Below, piece by piece: positions 8,567 to 17,556 of a stretch of DNA of 59,517 nt. The number at the start of each line of letters is the position of its first letter. The first letter of the stretch is position 1. The notes under the pieces were generated by a model that was not told where the DNA came from, ran no database searches, and saw nothing but the letters and a program-made list of their open reading frames with translations. This DNA is from an uncultured Gemmatimonadota bacterium (GTDB taxonomy: Bacteria; Blakebacterota; Blakebacteria; Blakebacterales; Blakebacteraceae), in the NCBI GenBank assembly GCA_964576115.1, contig CAZNUA010000021.1, forward strand, positions 1 through 59,517, in the 5' to 3' direction. The translations under genes were made by a program, and so were the position numbers.

Positions 8567-11500
8567 ATGATGTCCCTGCGTCGAGGCACGCTCCTGCTCT
8601 CTCTGATTCTGCTGGCCGGTCTCACAACTGCGGTATCCGCCCAGGATGAGGCCCGGTTGCTCAGATTTCCCCATATCAACGGCAATCGGGTGGTTTTCAC
8701 CTATGCCGGCGACCTCTACACCGCCCCGCTGTCCGGTGGCGAAGCGAAGCGGATCACCTCCCATGTGGGACTGGAATTGTTCGCCCGCTTCAGCCCCGAC
8801 GGCGAATGGATCGCATTTTCCGGCGAGTACGCCGGCACGCGACAGGTCTACCTGATTCCAGCCGAAGGCGGAGTTCCCCGGCAGCTGACCTATTACCCCG
8901 ACGTCGGACCGATGCCTCCCCGGGGCGGGTTTGACCATCTGGTGCTTGACTGGACCCCCGATGGGGAAAAGATCCTGGTGCGCGCCAACCGGACTCCCTT
9001 CGGCCAGAGGATCGGCCGGTACTTCCTGGTCGATCCGTGGGAGAGCGGTCTCGAGGTACCGCTCGAGATTCCGGAGGGTTCCTCGGGTGCGACGTACGAT
9101 CCGACCGGCACGAAGATCGCCTACACCCGCAAGTCGCGCGAGTGGCGCCACTGGAAGCGGTATACCGGCGGATTCCAGCAGGACATCACCATTTACGATC
9201 TCGCGGCCCATGACAGCGAGCGGATCACCGATTGGATCGGAACCGACGTCTACCCGATGTGGGTCGGTGACCGCATCTACTTCGTGAGCGACCGGGAGGA
9301 AAGCCTGAAGCGGAACCTCTGGGTCTACGACATCGGTTCGGGCGGTATGAGTCAGGTCACCACGCACGACGAATTCGACGTCAACTGGCCGAGCCGCGGA
9401 GAAGGCGGGATCGTCTACGAGAACGGCGGCTGGCTCTACCATCTCGATCCCGCCACCAACACCTCCCGCCGGATCCCGATCACGATTCACAGCGACCAGC
9501 CCTACACCACACCGTACTGGACCAATGTCTCCAATCGAGTCGACGCCTGGGACATCTCCCCCGGCGCAAAACGGGCGATCTTCGCCGCCCGCGGCGACCT
9601 CTTCTCGGTCCCGGCCGAGCACGGCGACATCAGGAACCTGACGACGACCCCCGCAATCCGGGAGCGGGACGTCACCTGGTCGCCCGACGGGAAGTGGATC
9701 GCCTACATCAGCGACACCACCGGCGACTACCAGCTCTACCTGATGCCCGCTGACGGCTCGGGAGAAGCGGTCCAGCTCACCGACGATCAGGAGATCTGGA
9801 TCCTCACCATGAGCTGGTCCCCCGATTCGAAGTGGATCGGGGTAGCCGACAACCGGAATCGTCTCCGGGCAATCAATATCGAGAACCGCCGGATAACCGA
9901 GATCGCGACCGGGAGCAAGGGTCCGCTCGGCGACTTTGCCTGGTCGGGCGATGCTTCCTGGATCGCCTGGACCATGACCGGCGACAACTGGATGGACTCG
10001 GTCTGGCTCTACAGCTTCACGAGCGGCGAGGCGGCCATGGTCACCGGCCCCATGACCGACGAGGCCAACCCGACCTTCGATCAGTCTGGCCGCTACCTCT
10101 ATTTCGTCTCCTTCCGCGATTACAACCACGGCCAGGAGGGATTCGACGCACGCATCTACGCCGCCACTCTGCGGGCCGACCTGCCCCATCCCTTCCCGCC
10201 CCGCAGCGACGAGGAACCGTCCGGTGAACCGGCCCCAGAGGAGAGCGCCGAAGAAGAGAGCGGTGAGCAGGAAGGATCCCTCGTTATCGATCTCGATGGT
10301 TTCGGTGACCGGGTGGTGGCCCTGCCCGGCATCAGGCCCGGTTTCTACGCCGGCCTGGTGGGACTCTCAGACGGGCTCCTCTACTTCGGCGACGGCGCCC
10401 TCAGGAAATACTCCCTCGATTCGCGGGAGTCGGAGACGATCATGGAGGGGGTGCAGGGGTACGCCGCCACTCCCGACTTCTCGAAGATTCTGTACCGGCG
10501 GGGGAACACCTTCGGCATCGCGCCCCTGCGACCCGGACTGCAGGGCACGCCCGGCCAACTCGATCTCGACGCAATGGAGATGCGGATCGATCCGAAGGTC
10601 GAATGGGCCCAGATCTTCCACGACACCTGGCTGGTAATGCGGGACTGGTTCTACGACCCCGGTCTCCATGGTCTCGACTGGGAGGCCATCTACGAGCGCT
10701 ACGAACCGCTGGTCGCGCACCTGGCGCACCGTTTCGACCTCGACTATCTGCAGACCGAGCTGGTGGCGGAGATGAACGTCGGTCATGCCTACGTCAACTC
10801 CTCCCCCGAGATGCCCCGCCCCGACCGGGTCGAGGTCGGCCTGCTCGGGTGCGAGTTCGCAGCCGATGGACGCTACTACCGGATCGCCAACATCTTCCCC
10901 GGCCAGAACTGGCATGAAGAGTTCCGTTCCCCGCTGACAGAGCCGGGAATCGAGATCGAAGAAGGGGAGTACCTGATCGCGATCGACGGCGAAGAGGTGA
11001 TGACCGACACCAACCCCTACTCCTATCTGGTCAACAAGGCCGACCGGACGGTGGAGGTCACCGTCAACAGCCGACCGCGTCCGCAGGGGGCGCGCACCTA
11101 TCGGGTTCGCCCCGTGCGGAGCGAACAGGGTCTGCGCTACCAGGAGTGGAGCGCCGAGAACGCCCGGCTCGTCGACGAACTCTCCGACGGCCGGATCGGC
11201 TACATCCACCTGCCCAACACCGCCATCGAGGGGCACCGCGAGCTCTTCGAGGGCCTGCTGCCCCTCTCCACCAAAGAGGCCCTCATTCTCGACGACCGGT
11301 ACAACGGCGGCGGTTTCATTCCCGAGGAGATGGCTTTCATGGTGGGCGGCCGCCTGCTCAACTTCTGGTCCCGTCGTTACACGGATATGACCAGCCAGCC
11401 CTTTGTCATCCATACCGGTCCGAAGGTGGTACTGATCAACGGGCAGGCCGCCTCGGGCGGGGACGCCTTCCCCTACTACTTCCGCAAGCTGGGGCTCGGT

Positions 11501-11803
11501 ACCATCATCGGCGAGCGGACCTGGGGCGGGCTGGTGGGCATCAGCGGCAATCCCGGATTCGTGGACGGCAGTAGCATCTCGGTACCGCGGTTCGCCTTTG
11601 TGGACACCGACGGGAACTGGGCGGTCGAGGCCGAAGGGGTCTCACCCGACATCCGGGTCTGGGACACCCCGCACCTGATCGCGCGGGGCGAGGAGCCGAT
11701 GATCGAGCGGGCGGTGGCGCACCTGCTCGAGGAACTGCAGAAGCCTCAGTACCGCCGGCCGGGTACGCCCCCCGGACCGATCCGTCGTCCCCCGCCGGAG
11801 TGA
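8567..11803 (+). CDS. tricorn-type S41 protease
   Basis: Signal peptide, LLRFP..VVFTYAGDL, PD40 repeats (FSPDG, WSPDG), PDZ domain, GRIGYIHLP, DDRYNGGG, AASGGDAFP, GERTWGG. Confidence 0.95.
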   Translation: MMSLRRGTLLLSLILLAGLTTAVSAQDEARLLRFPHINGNRVVFTYAGDLYTAPLSGGEAKRITSHVGLELFARFSPDGEWIAFSGEYAGTRQVYLIPAEGGVPRQLTYYPDVGPMPPRGGFDHLVLDWTPDGEKILVRANRTPFGQRIGRYFLVDPWESGLEVPLEIPEGSSGATYDPTGTKIAYTRKSREWRHWKRYTGGFQQDITIYDLAAHDSERITDWIGTDVYPMWVGDRIYFVSDREESLKRNLWVYDIGSGGMSQVTTHDEFDVNWPSRGEGGIVYENGGWLYHLDPATNTSRRIPITIHSDQPYTTPYWTNVSNRVDAWDISPGAKRAIFAARGDLFSVPAEHGDIRNLTTTPAIRERDVTWSPDGKWIAYISDTTGDYQLYLMPADGSGEAVQLTDDQEIWILTMSWSPDSKWIGVADNRNRLRAINIENRRITEIATGSKGPLGDFAWSGDASWIAWTMTGDNWMDSVWLYSFTSGEAAMVTGPMTDEANPTFDQSGRYLYFVSFRDYNHGQEGFDARIYAATLRADLPHPFPPRSDEEPSGEPAPEESAEEESGEQEGSLVIDLDGFGDRVVALPGIRPGFYAGLVGLSDGLLYFGDGALRKYSLDSRESETIMEGVQGYAATPDFSKILYRRGNTFGIAPLRPGLQGTPGQLDLDAMEMRIDPKVEWAQIFHDTWLVMRDWFYDPGLHGLDWEAIYERYEPLVAHLAHRFDLDYLQTELVAEMNVGHAYVNSSPEMPRPDRVEVGLLGCEFAADGRYYRIANIFPGQNWHEEFRSPLTEPGIEIEEGEYLIAIDGEEVMTDTNPYSYLVNKADRTVEVTVNSRPRPQGARTYRVRPVRSEQGLRYQEWSAENARLVDELSDGRIGYIHLPNTAIEGHRELFEGLLPLSTKEALILDDRYNGGGFIPEEMAFMVGGRLLNFWSRRYTDMTSQPFVIHTGPKVVLINGQAASGGDAFPYYFRKLGLGTIIGERTWGGLVGISGNPGFVDGSSISVPRFAFVDTDGNWAVEAEGVSPDIRVWDTPHLIARGEEPMIERAVAHLLEELQKPQYRRPGTPPGPIRRPPPE

Positions 11804-11967
11804 TCGGGCGGGNNNNNNNNNNNNNNNNNNNNNNNNNNNNNNNNNNNNNNNNNNNNNNNNNNNNNNNNNNNNNNNNNNNNNNNNNNNNNNNNNNNNNNNN
11901 NNNNNNNNNNNNGCCGGGTACGCCCCCCGGACCGATCCGTCGTCCCCCGCCGGAGTGATCGGGCGGG
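11758..11967. other. scaffold gap with duplicated 55-bp flanks (assembly overlap artefact)
   Basis: 11758-11812 is identical to 11913-11967 on either side of 100 N. Confidence 0.9.
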
Positions 11968-11980
11968 TTCAGATCGTGCC

Positions 11981-13444
11981 TTAGCCTTTGATATTGCCAA
12001 TCGGGCGCAGGCGGGCCACCGGCCGCACCAGGCCGGCTCCGGTGACCACATCGACCACCTCGGCCACGTCCTTGTAAGCCTCGCTGGCTTCCTCGGCCAG
12101 CACGCGGCGCGATTCGGCCCGCACGTAGATGCCCCGGTCGGCCAGTTCGCGGTCGATCTGCCGTCCCTTGAGGTCTTTCCTGGCCCGCGAGCGCGATTTG
12201 AGCCGCCCCGCTCCATGGCAGGTGCTCCCCCAGCTCTCCTCCATGGCCCGGTCAGCCCCGACCAGAACGTAGGAGTAGCGCCCCATGTCGCCGGGGATGA
12301 GGACCGGGTGTCCGACCGCGCGGTAGCGTTCGGGCACCTCGGGATGGTGAGCCGGAAAAGCCCGGGTGGCACCCTTGCGGTGCACGCAGACCTGCCGGGG
12401 TCGGCCCTGCCAGGTATGCTCCTCGATCTTGGCGATGTTGTGGCAGACGTCGTAGACCACCGCCATACCGAGGTCCTCTTCTGAGCGGCCGAGCACCCTG
12501 CTGAAAGCCTCGCGCGCCAGGCAGGTGATCATCTGGCGGTTGGCGAAGGCATAGTTGGCCGCGGCCCGCATGGCCCCCAGGTAGGTCCGGCCCTGTTTCG
12601 AAGCCACCGGAGCGCAGACCAGCTGCGGATCGGGCAGGTCGAGACCGTGGCTGTCCAGGGACGAGCGCATCGTCTTCATGGCGTCATCGGCGACCTGGTG
12701 GCCCAGGCCGCGGCTGCCGCAGTGAATGAAAAAGACGATCTGGCCTTCTTCCAGACCGAATATGCCGGCTGCAGTCGTGTCATAGATCTCTTCGACGACA
12801 TTGATCTCGCCGAAGTGGTTGCCGCTGCCCAGGGTTCCGACCTGGGGCAGACCGCGTTCGATGGCGCGCGCGCTGACGGCATCGGGGTTGGCCCCGGGCA
12901 GACAGCCGTGGCTTTCGAGGGCATCGAGATCGCCTGTCCACCCCCAGCCCTGCTTCACCACCCAACCCGCTCCATGGGCCAGCAGGTCGCGCAGCTGCGA
13001 CTTCGAGAGCCGGTACCGCTGCCGGCTGGCACCGACTCCGGTGGGGATCTCGCTGAAGAGAGTATCGACCAGTTTTTTGAGGCGCGGGACGACCTCGTCT
13101 TCTGAGAGGTTCGAGCGCAGCAGGCGCACCCCGCAGTTGATGTCGTACCCCACTCCGCCGGGGCTGACCACACCCTCGTCGACATCGAAGGCCGCCACCC
13201 CCCCGATCGGGAAACCGTAGCCGAAATGGATGTCGGGCATGGCCAGAGCCGGTCCGACGATCCCCGGCAGACAGGCGACATTGGCCACCTGTCGGGGGCT
13301 GTCGTCCCCGACCAGATGCCGTTCCAGACGCGTATCGGCGTAAATCACCCCGTCTGTACGCATCGGCCCGGTGCGGGGGATCCGTATCCGGTAGTCGTCG
13401 ATCCGTTCCAGACGCAGCGGTTCCGGCGGCTTCACGGTCAGCAC
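11981..13444 (-). CDS. rtcB: RtcB RNA ligase (long, archaeal/eukaryal-like type)
   Basis: MPDIHFGYGFPIGG, GYDINCGVR, GTLGSGNHF, HCGSRG, YDVCHN, HRKGATR, PGDMG, STCHGAGR. Confidence 0.97.
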   Translation of the reverse strand: MLTVKPPEPLRLERIDDYRIRIPRTGPMRTDGVIYADTRLERHLVGDDSPRQVANVACLPGIVGPALAMPDIHFGYGFPIGGVAAFDVDEGVVSPGGVGYDINCGVRLLRSNLSEDEVVPRLKKLVDTLFSEIPTGVGASRQRYRLSKSQLRDLLAHGAGWVVKQGWGWTGDLDALESHGCLPGANPDAVSARAIERGLPQVGTLGSGNHFGEINVVEEIYDTTAAGIFGLEEGQIVFFIHCGSRGLGHQVADDAMKTMRSSLDSHGLDLPDPQLVCAPVASKQGRTYLGAMRAAANYAFANRQMITCLAREAFSRVLGRSEEDLGMAVVYDVCHNIAKIEEHTWQGRPRQVCVHRKGATRAFPAHHPEVPERYRAVGHPVLIPGDMGRYSYVLVGADRAMEESWGSTCHGAGRLKSRSRARKDLKGRQIDRELADRGIYVRAESRRVLAEEASEAYKDVAEVVDVVTGAGLVRPVARLRPIGNIKG

Positions 13445-13537
13445 CCCCCGAGGACAATTCCACCCACCGGCACGGCGGGGGTGCCTCCCATTCTACTCCC
13501 TCGCACGCCCCCGCTGCACGCCTCGCCCGGAGGGACG

Positions 13538-13565
13538 CCCGGGATCGGTGCTGACCGGTCCCGGG
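13538..13565 (-). terminator. GC-rich hairpin downstream of trpB2 (no U-tail)
   Basis: Plus-strand CCCGGGATCGGT-GCTG-ACCGGTCCCGGG, about 45 bp after the trpB2 stop. Confidence 0.4.
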
Positions 13566-13608
13566 AATTACCCCGTCAGCTATTTCCCGTCAGCACTGTT
13601 CCCGATCG

Positions 13609-14970
13609 TTACTCCACGAGCGGGAGCTCCGCGAGGGCCTTCTCCACCAGTTCACGCGGATAGGCGTAGTCCTCCAGCTCGCCGCTGAAGTACTTCTCGT
13701 ATCCTGCCAGATCGAAGTGCCCGTGCCCGCTGGCGTTGAAGACGATGATCTTCTCTTCGCCCGTTTCCCGGCAGGCCAGCGCCTCATCCATGACCACCCG
13801 TATGGCATGAGCCGTCTCGGGGGCGGTAATGTGCCCCTCGGCCCGGGCAAAACTCACCGCCGCCGCGTAGGCGGGATTCTGGTGAACGGCCGCAGCTTCG
13901 ATCTCGCCCAGTTCCAGCAGATGGCAGATGATCGGCGACATACCGTGGTAGCGCAGTCCCCCTGCATGGATCGGTGCCGGCACGAAAGAGTGGCCCAGGG
14001 TAAACATCTTGAGTAACGGCGTGGTCGCGGCGGTATCGCCGAAATCGTAGCGGTAGAGACCTTTTGTCAGAGTCGGGCAGGCTTCTGGTTCGACCGCCAC
14101 GATCCGGGTTCCCTTCCCTTCTGTCAGGTTGTCGCGCACGAAGGGGAGCGCGAAACCCGAGAAATTGGATCCGCCCCCCACACAGCCGACGACCACATCT
14201 GGGTACTCCCCCGCCTTTTCGAACTGCCGCACGGTCTCGAGTCCTATCACGGTCTGATGCAGCATGACGTGATTGAGCACGCTGCCCAGGGCGTATTTGG
14301 TGTCCTCGCGCCCCACGGCGGCCTCGACCGCCTCGGAGATGGCGATTCCCAGCGAGCCGGGCGAGTCGGGATCGGCTTCGAGCACCCGCCGGCCGGCCAC
14401 TGTTTCGGGACTGGGGCTGGGCACGCAACTGCCGCCCCAGGTCTCCATCATCAGCCGCCTGTAGGGCTTCTGATCGTAACTGATTCGTACCATGTAGACG
14501 CGGCACTCCAGGTCGAAGAGGTTGCAGGCGAAACTGAGCGCACTGCCCCACTGCCCCGCCCCGGTCTCGGTGGTCAGGCGCTTGACCCCTTCCTGCTTGT
14601 TGTAGAAGGCCTGGGCCACGGCGGTGTTGGGTTTGTGGCTCCCCGGCGGACTCACTCCCTCCCACTTGTAGTAGATTCGGGCCGGGGTATCGAGTGCCCG
14701 CTCCCAGCGCCGGGCCCGCACCAGGGGTGAGGGACGCCAGATCCGGTAAACCTCCCGGACCTCCTCGGGGATATCGATATACCGCTCCTTGCTGACCTCC
14801 TGCATGATCAGGGCCATGGGAAAGAGCGGGGCCAGATCGTCGGGGCTGATCGGCTCTTTGGTACCCGGATGCAGCACGGGAGGCAGGGGCTTGGGCAGAT
14901 CGGCCTGGATGTTGTACCACTGCCGCGGCAGCTCGTTTTCTTCCAGCAAGATCTTGGTCGGTTCCATCAT
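13609..14970 (-). CDS. trpB2: TrpB2 tryptophan synthase beta-like PLP enzyme
   Basis: [14 protein letters not shown]-terminus, GSHKPN (PLP Lys), [46 protein letters not shown]. Confidence 0.96.
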   Translation of the reverse strand: MMEPTKILLEENELPRQWYNIQADLPKPLPPVLHPGTKEPISPDDLAPLFPMALIMQEVSKERYIDIPEEVREVYRIWRPSPLVRARRWERALDTPARIYYKWEGVSPPGSHKPNTAVAQAFYNKQEGVKRLTTETGAGQWGSALSFACNLFDLECRVYMVRISYDQKPYRRLMMETWGGSCVPSPSPETVAGRRVLEADPDSPGSLGIAISEAVEAAVGREDTKYALGSVLNHVMLHQTVIGLETVRQFEKAGEYPDVVVGCVGGGSNFSGFALPFVRDNLTEGKGTRIVAVEPEACPTLTKGLYRYDFGDTAATTPLLKMFTLGHSFVPAPIHAGGLRYHGMSPIICHLLELGEIEAAAVHQNPAYAAAVSFARAEGHITAPETAHAIRVVMDEALACRETGEEKIIVFNASGHGHFDLAGYEKYFSGELEDYAYPRELVEKALAELPLVE

Positions 14971-15039
14971 CTCACTCCTTTCTCATCATCAGCCGGTGTC
15001 GCGGCCGTTGTCATCGATATCGGACTCCTGCTTCGGACG

Positions 15040-15876
15040 TCATTCGTCGAAGAAGAAAGTCGGTTCGCGGTAAAAGCGGATCGCCTTGGCGGCGACCCGG
15101 GTTCTGATGTCCTCCTGCAGCCGGATTTCCTTCTCGTCCAGGGGCAGATCGGAACGAAGCAGGTCGAGGGGCAGGTTCAGACGCAGGGCCCGCTTGGGCA
15201 GGATCACCCGGGTGATACCGCTGGGTATCAATTGTCCCGCCCCGGTGGCGTCGATCAGGTCCTGCATGGTGAACGGGTCAAAGGATATCAGGGCTGTGAA
15301 ATCTGGGTAGTTGCGCTCCAGGTCCCCGGGATCGGTGTAACTGACCCGGTCGAACAGAGTGGCCCGGTGGTAGATCCGGGTGAAGCGCTGGAGCTGATCG
15401 ACACGTTCCGGGAGATCTTCTGAGCCCCGGAATGAGACCTCATGACCATCGCGGAAGCGAATCCGTATCAGCGCGTCGTCATGCGCACCGGGGAATTCAT
15501 CGAATCCGGGCACGGCCCGAGCTGCGGCCAGCAGTTCGTCGGCTTGCATGTGCTCGACGGCATGATGCCAGCTCTGCAGGGAAAACCCCTCCTCCAGTAC
15601 GTCAATATCCTGAACCACTACATGAGGTATTCCCATTTTCTTTAATGCTGTCATGCGATTAGCACCGTCTAAAACAATTCGTCTTCCGGTTCCGTCAACC
15701 GGTGCGACGACCGGCGGGTTCTTCAGGATCCCGTCGGCAGCAAAGCGTTCGACGAGCCGGCCCACCCGTTCGTCGTCATGGGCTTCGTGCAGTACGACCT
15801 CCTCGATCGTCGCCATTCGCAGCACGGGCAGTTCCCCGATCTTCAGCCAGCCGTTGTCTCGTCTGTCGTTGCTCAT
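15040..15876 (-). CDS. SbnI/SerK-like free L-serine kinase (ParB/sulfiredoxin fold), 278 aa
   Basis: VVLHEAHD, KNPPVV, IVLDGANRMTALKKMG, SWHH, GQLIPSGITR...RALRLNLPLDLL and RFYREPTFFFDE are collinear with S. aureus SbnI motifs as I recall them (LHE, DGVHR, WQH, VPAGVTR, CLNLQVPL, RCYTEK). No HTH. Confidence 0.8.
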   Translation of the reverse strand: MSNDRRDNGWLKIGELPVLRMATIEEVVLHEAHDDERVGRLVERFAADGILKNPPVVAPVDGTGRRIVLDGANRMTALKKMGIPHVVVQDIDVLEEGFSLQSWHHAVEHMQADELLAAARAVPGFDEFPGAHDDALIRIRFRDGHEVSFRGSEDLPERVDQLQRFTRIYHRATLFDRVSYTDPGDLERNYPDFTALISFDPFTMQDLIDATGAGQLIPSGITRVILPKRALRLNLPLDLLRSDLPLDEKEIRLQEDIRTRVAAKAIRFYREPTFFFDE

Positions 15877-15912
15877 TTCCCTGGTCCTTCTCCTGGATGC
15901 CCTTCCCTGCAC

Positions 15913-15947
15913 AAAAAAAGGCCCGCCGCAGGTGTCTGCAGCGGGCC
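15913..15947 (-). terminator. attenuator intrinsic terminator (3:4 hairpin)
   Basis: mRNA GGCCCGCUGCAG-ACAC-CUGCGGCGGGCC-UUUUUUU: 12-bp stem (one G-U) plus U7, ending 36 nt before the kinase ATG. Confidence 0.92.
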
Positions 15948-16007
15948 CGTTTGTGGCCTTGTGTGGGATCGGATCAGGTCATGGTACAGCTGCACTCCGC
16001 CCGCTGC
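15938..16007 (-). promoter_or_regulatory. antiterminator (2:3 pairing)
   Basis: GCAGCGGGC (16007-15999, 13 nt after the last Trp codon) is perfectly complementary to GCCCGCUGC (15946-15938) in the 5' arm of the terminator. Confidence 0.85.
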
Positions 16008-16056
16008 TCTGTTCCGAGCGCCACCACCAGTGGCTGCGGGTCAAAGGTGCGTTCAC
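15979..16056 (-). CDS. trpL: trp leader peptide (25 aa, Trp10-Trp11-Trp12)
   Basis: GTG AAC GCA CCT TTG ACC CGC AGC CAC TGG TGG TGG CGC...TGA gives MNAPLTRSHWWWRSEQSSGRSAAVP; upstream GAGGA/AGGA; directly upstream of the terminator. Confidence 0.88.
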   Translation of the reverse strand: MNAPLTRSHWWWRSEQSSGRSAAVP

Positions 16057-16128
16057 GATCCTGTCCGTTCCTCTCGCGATCTCTCCGGTGCGGACCGCCG
16101 GCCGGGCGATCCGCCAATCGCAGGCCTT

Positions 16129-16157
16129 TGTGTACACGATCCCCGAATGGGAGTCAA
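16129..16157 (-). promoter_or_regulatory. putative sigma70 promoter of the trpL-kinase-trpB2 unit
   Basis: TTGACT (16157-16152), 17-nt spacer, TACACA (16134-16129). Confidence 0.55.
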
Positions 16158-16317
16158 GCCCTCTTTCTTCTTTGTTCCCGGTTCTCGACACAGAGTGGAA
16201 TAAACACCCCTTGCTCACAGATCGTTCCGTAGATGCAGCAGCCACACGTCCGGTATCGAGAGAGGGGTCAGAGAAACGATACCTGCAGCCCGAGGTCGAC
16301 CGGATTCTTCCACCGGT

Positions 16318-17556
16318 TCACCGGTTGCGGAGCACTACCGGCTGAGTCCAGGCCTGCTCGGGAGCCTCTTCGCCGGCTGCCGGGTGGGCCTGCATCCGGA
16401 TCGAGACGACTCTGGCACGGACATAGAGTTCGTCCCCGTCATACCGGTAGACGGCGGGATTGGCCGTGGTTTCATGCAGCACGATCCCCGGTTCTCCAGG
16501 ATCGTCGCCTCTCATCCGGGTGCCGATGAAACGGGTGGTGTAGCTCACCCCATCTTCGACGGCCATTTCGACCAGATAACGGTTTCGCCCCCGCTGCACG
16601 TCCAGTAATTCGACCCCGGTCGAGGCATAGAATTCTCCGGCCCGCATGGCATCGAGAACGGCGTCGGTTTCCAGGACCGGGGTCCGGACCACGATCCAGC
16701 CCCGGCCGGGATGGTGGACCTCCGGATTGACGGCGAAGTAGTTATGCGTGTCGTCGGTGGCCACCCCGTAGAGCGGTCCCAGACCGAGCCGTGTCAGACG
16801 CAAGGTGTTGGCGATGTCCCAGACCTCGTCCATGCCCGGGTGGGTCTCGTCGCCGTAATTGTTACATCCGGTGCTGCCGTTATAGACCTCGAAGAGATGG
16901 GTTCCCTGCATCGAAGCCAGTTCTTCGGCCGTGAGGGCCCAGCGCCAGTTGGTGTGATTGATGTGGGCCAGCAGGTTTCGTCCCGTCGTCGCTGCCTGCT
17001 CGTTGATCGCCTGCAGATCTCGCTCGACGGTCTCCATGATCGTCTCGCCTCCCTGAATCGGGATGTGCTCGACGGGATTGAAAACGTTGATGTGCAGGGG
17101 CTTGCCGGCGCAGTAATCGCTGATCTCCTCGCCTTCGATGAGCAGGAAAGCGCCCGGAACCTCGAATCTCTCCCGCAGTTCGGCGAGCGTTTTCAGCCGC
17201 ATCCGCTCACCCTCTTCGTCGCGACGCGTTTCGATCCACTGCGGTCCGAACGTCCGGCGCAGGTCGCCAAGCCGCTCGGGGGTCAGGGGGCCGGCCTCTG
17301 AAACCCGGTACCAGCGCTCCCCGCGCTGCAGGACGTCGTGATCCGTCAACGACAGGAAATCGTATCCGTGATCCCGATACCACTGCACGACCGCCTCGGG
17401 GGCGGCGTCACCGTCGCTCCACAGGCTGTGGGCGTGGGTATTGCCGCGATACCACTGACCGGACCTGGCTCCGGTACAGGCCATGCTCACCAGGGACAGA
17501 TACCCTGTCAGCAGCAACACCGCAGTTGGCAGGACGACCCGTAGATATCTCTTCAT
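16318..17556 (-). CDS. PHP-like (CehA/McbA-type) metallohydrolase, probable lipoprotein
   Basis: WYRGNTHAHSLWSDGD, TDHD, GEEIS, HINH, EVYNG, ATDDTH; signal peptide ending SMAC. Confidence 0.85.
   Translation of the reverse strand: MKRYLRVVLPTAVLLLTGYLSLVSMACTGARSGQWYRGNTHAHSLWSDGDAAPEAVVQWYRDHGYDFLSLTDHDVLQRGERWYRVSEAGPLTPERLGDLRRTFGPQWIETRRDEEGERMRLKTLAELRERFEVPGAFLLIEGEEISDYCAGKPLHINVFNPVEHIPIQGGETIMETVERDLQAINEQAATTGRNLLAHINHTNWRWALTAEELASMQGTHLFEVYNGSTGCNNYGDETHPGMDEVWDIANTLRLTRLGLGPLYGVATDDTHNYFAVNPEVHHPGRGWIVVRTPVLETDAVLDAMRAGEFYASTGVELLDVQRGRNRYLVEMAVEDGVSYTTRFIGTRMRGDDPGEPGIVLHETTANPAVYRYDGDELYVRARVVSIRMQAHPAAGEEAPEQAWTQPVVLRNR

Noticed and set aside
11758-11967. 55-bp direct repeats as att sites or target duplication
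   Set aside because: They abut an N gap exactly, and an identical-length duplication occurs at 52688-52897, so this is an assembler artefact.
11981-13444. Intein in RtcB
   Set aside because: The length is normal and the DINCGVR region is uninterrupted.
15040-15876. ParB partition protein
   Set aside because: No HTH, parA or parS; the C-terminal motifs fit SbnI; it lies under a Trp attenuator.
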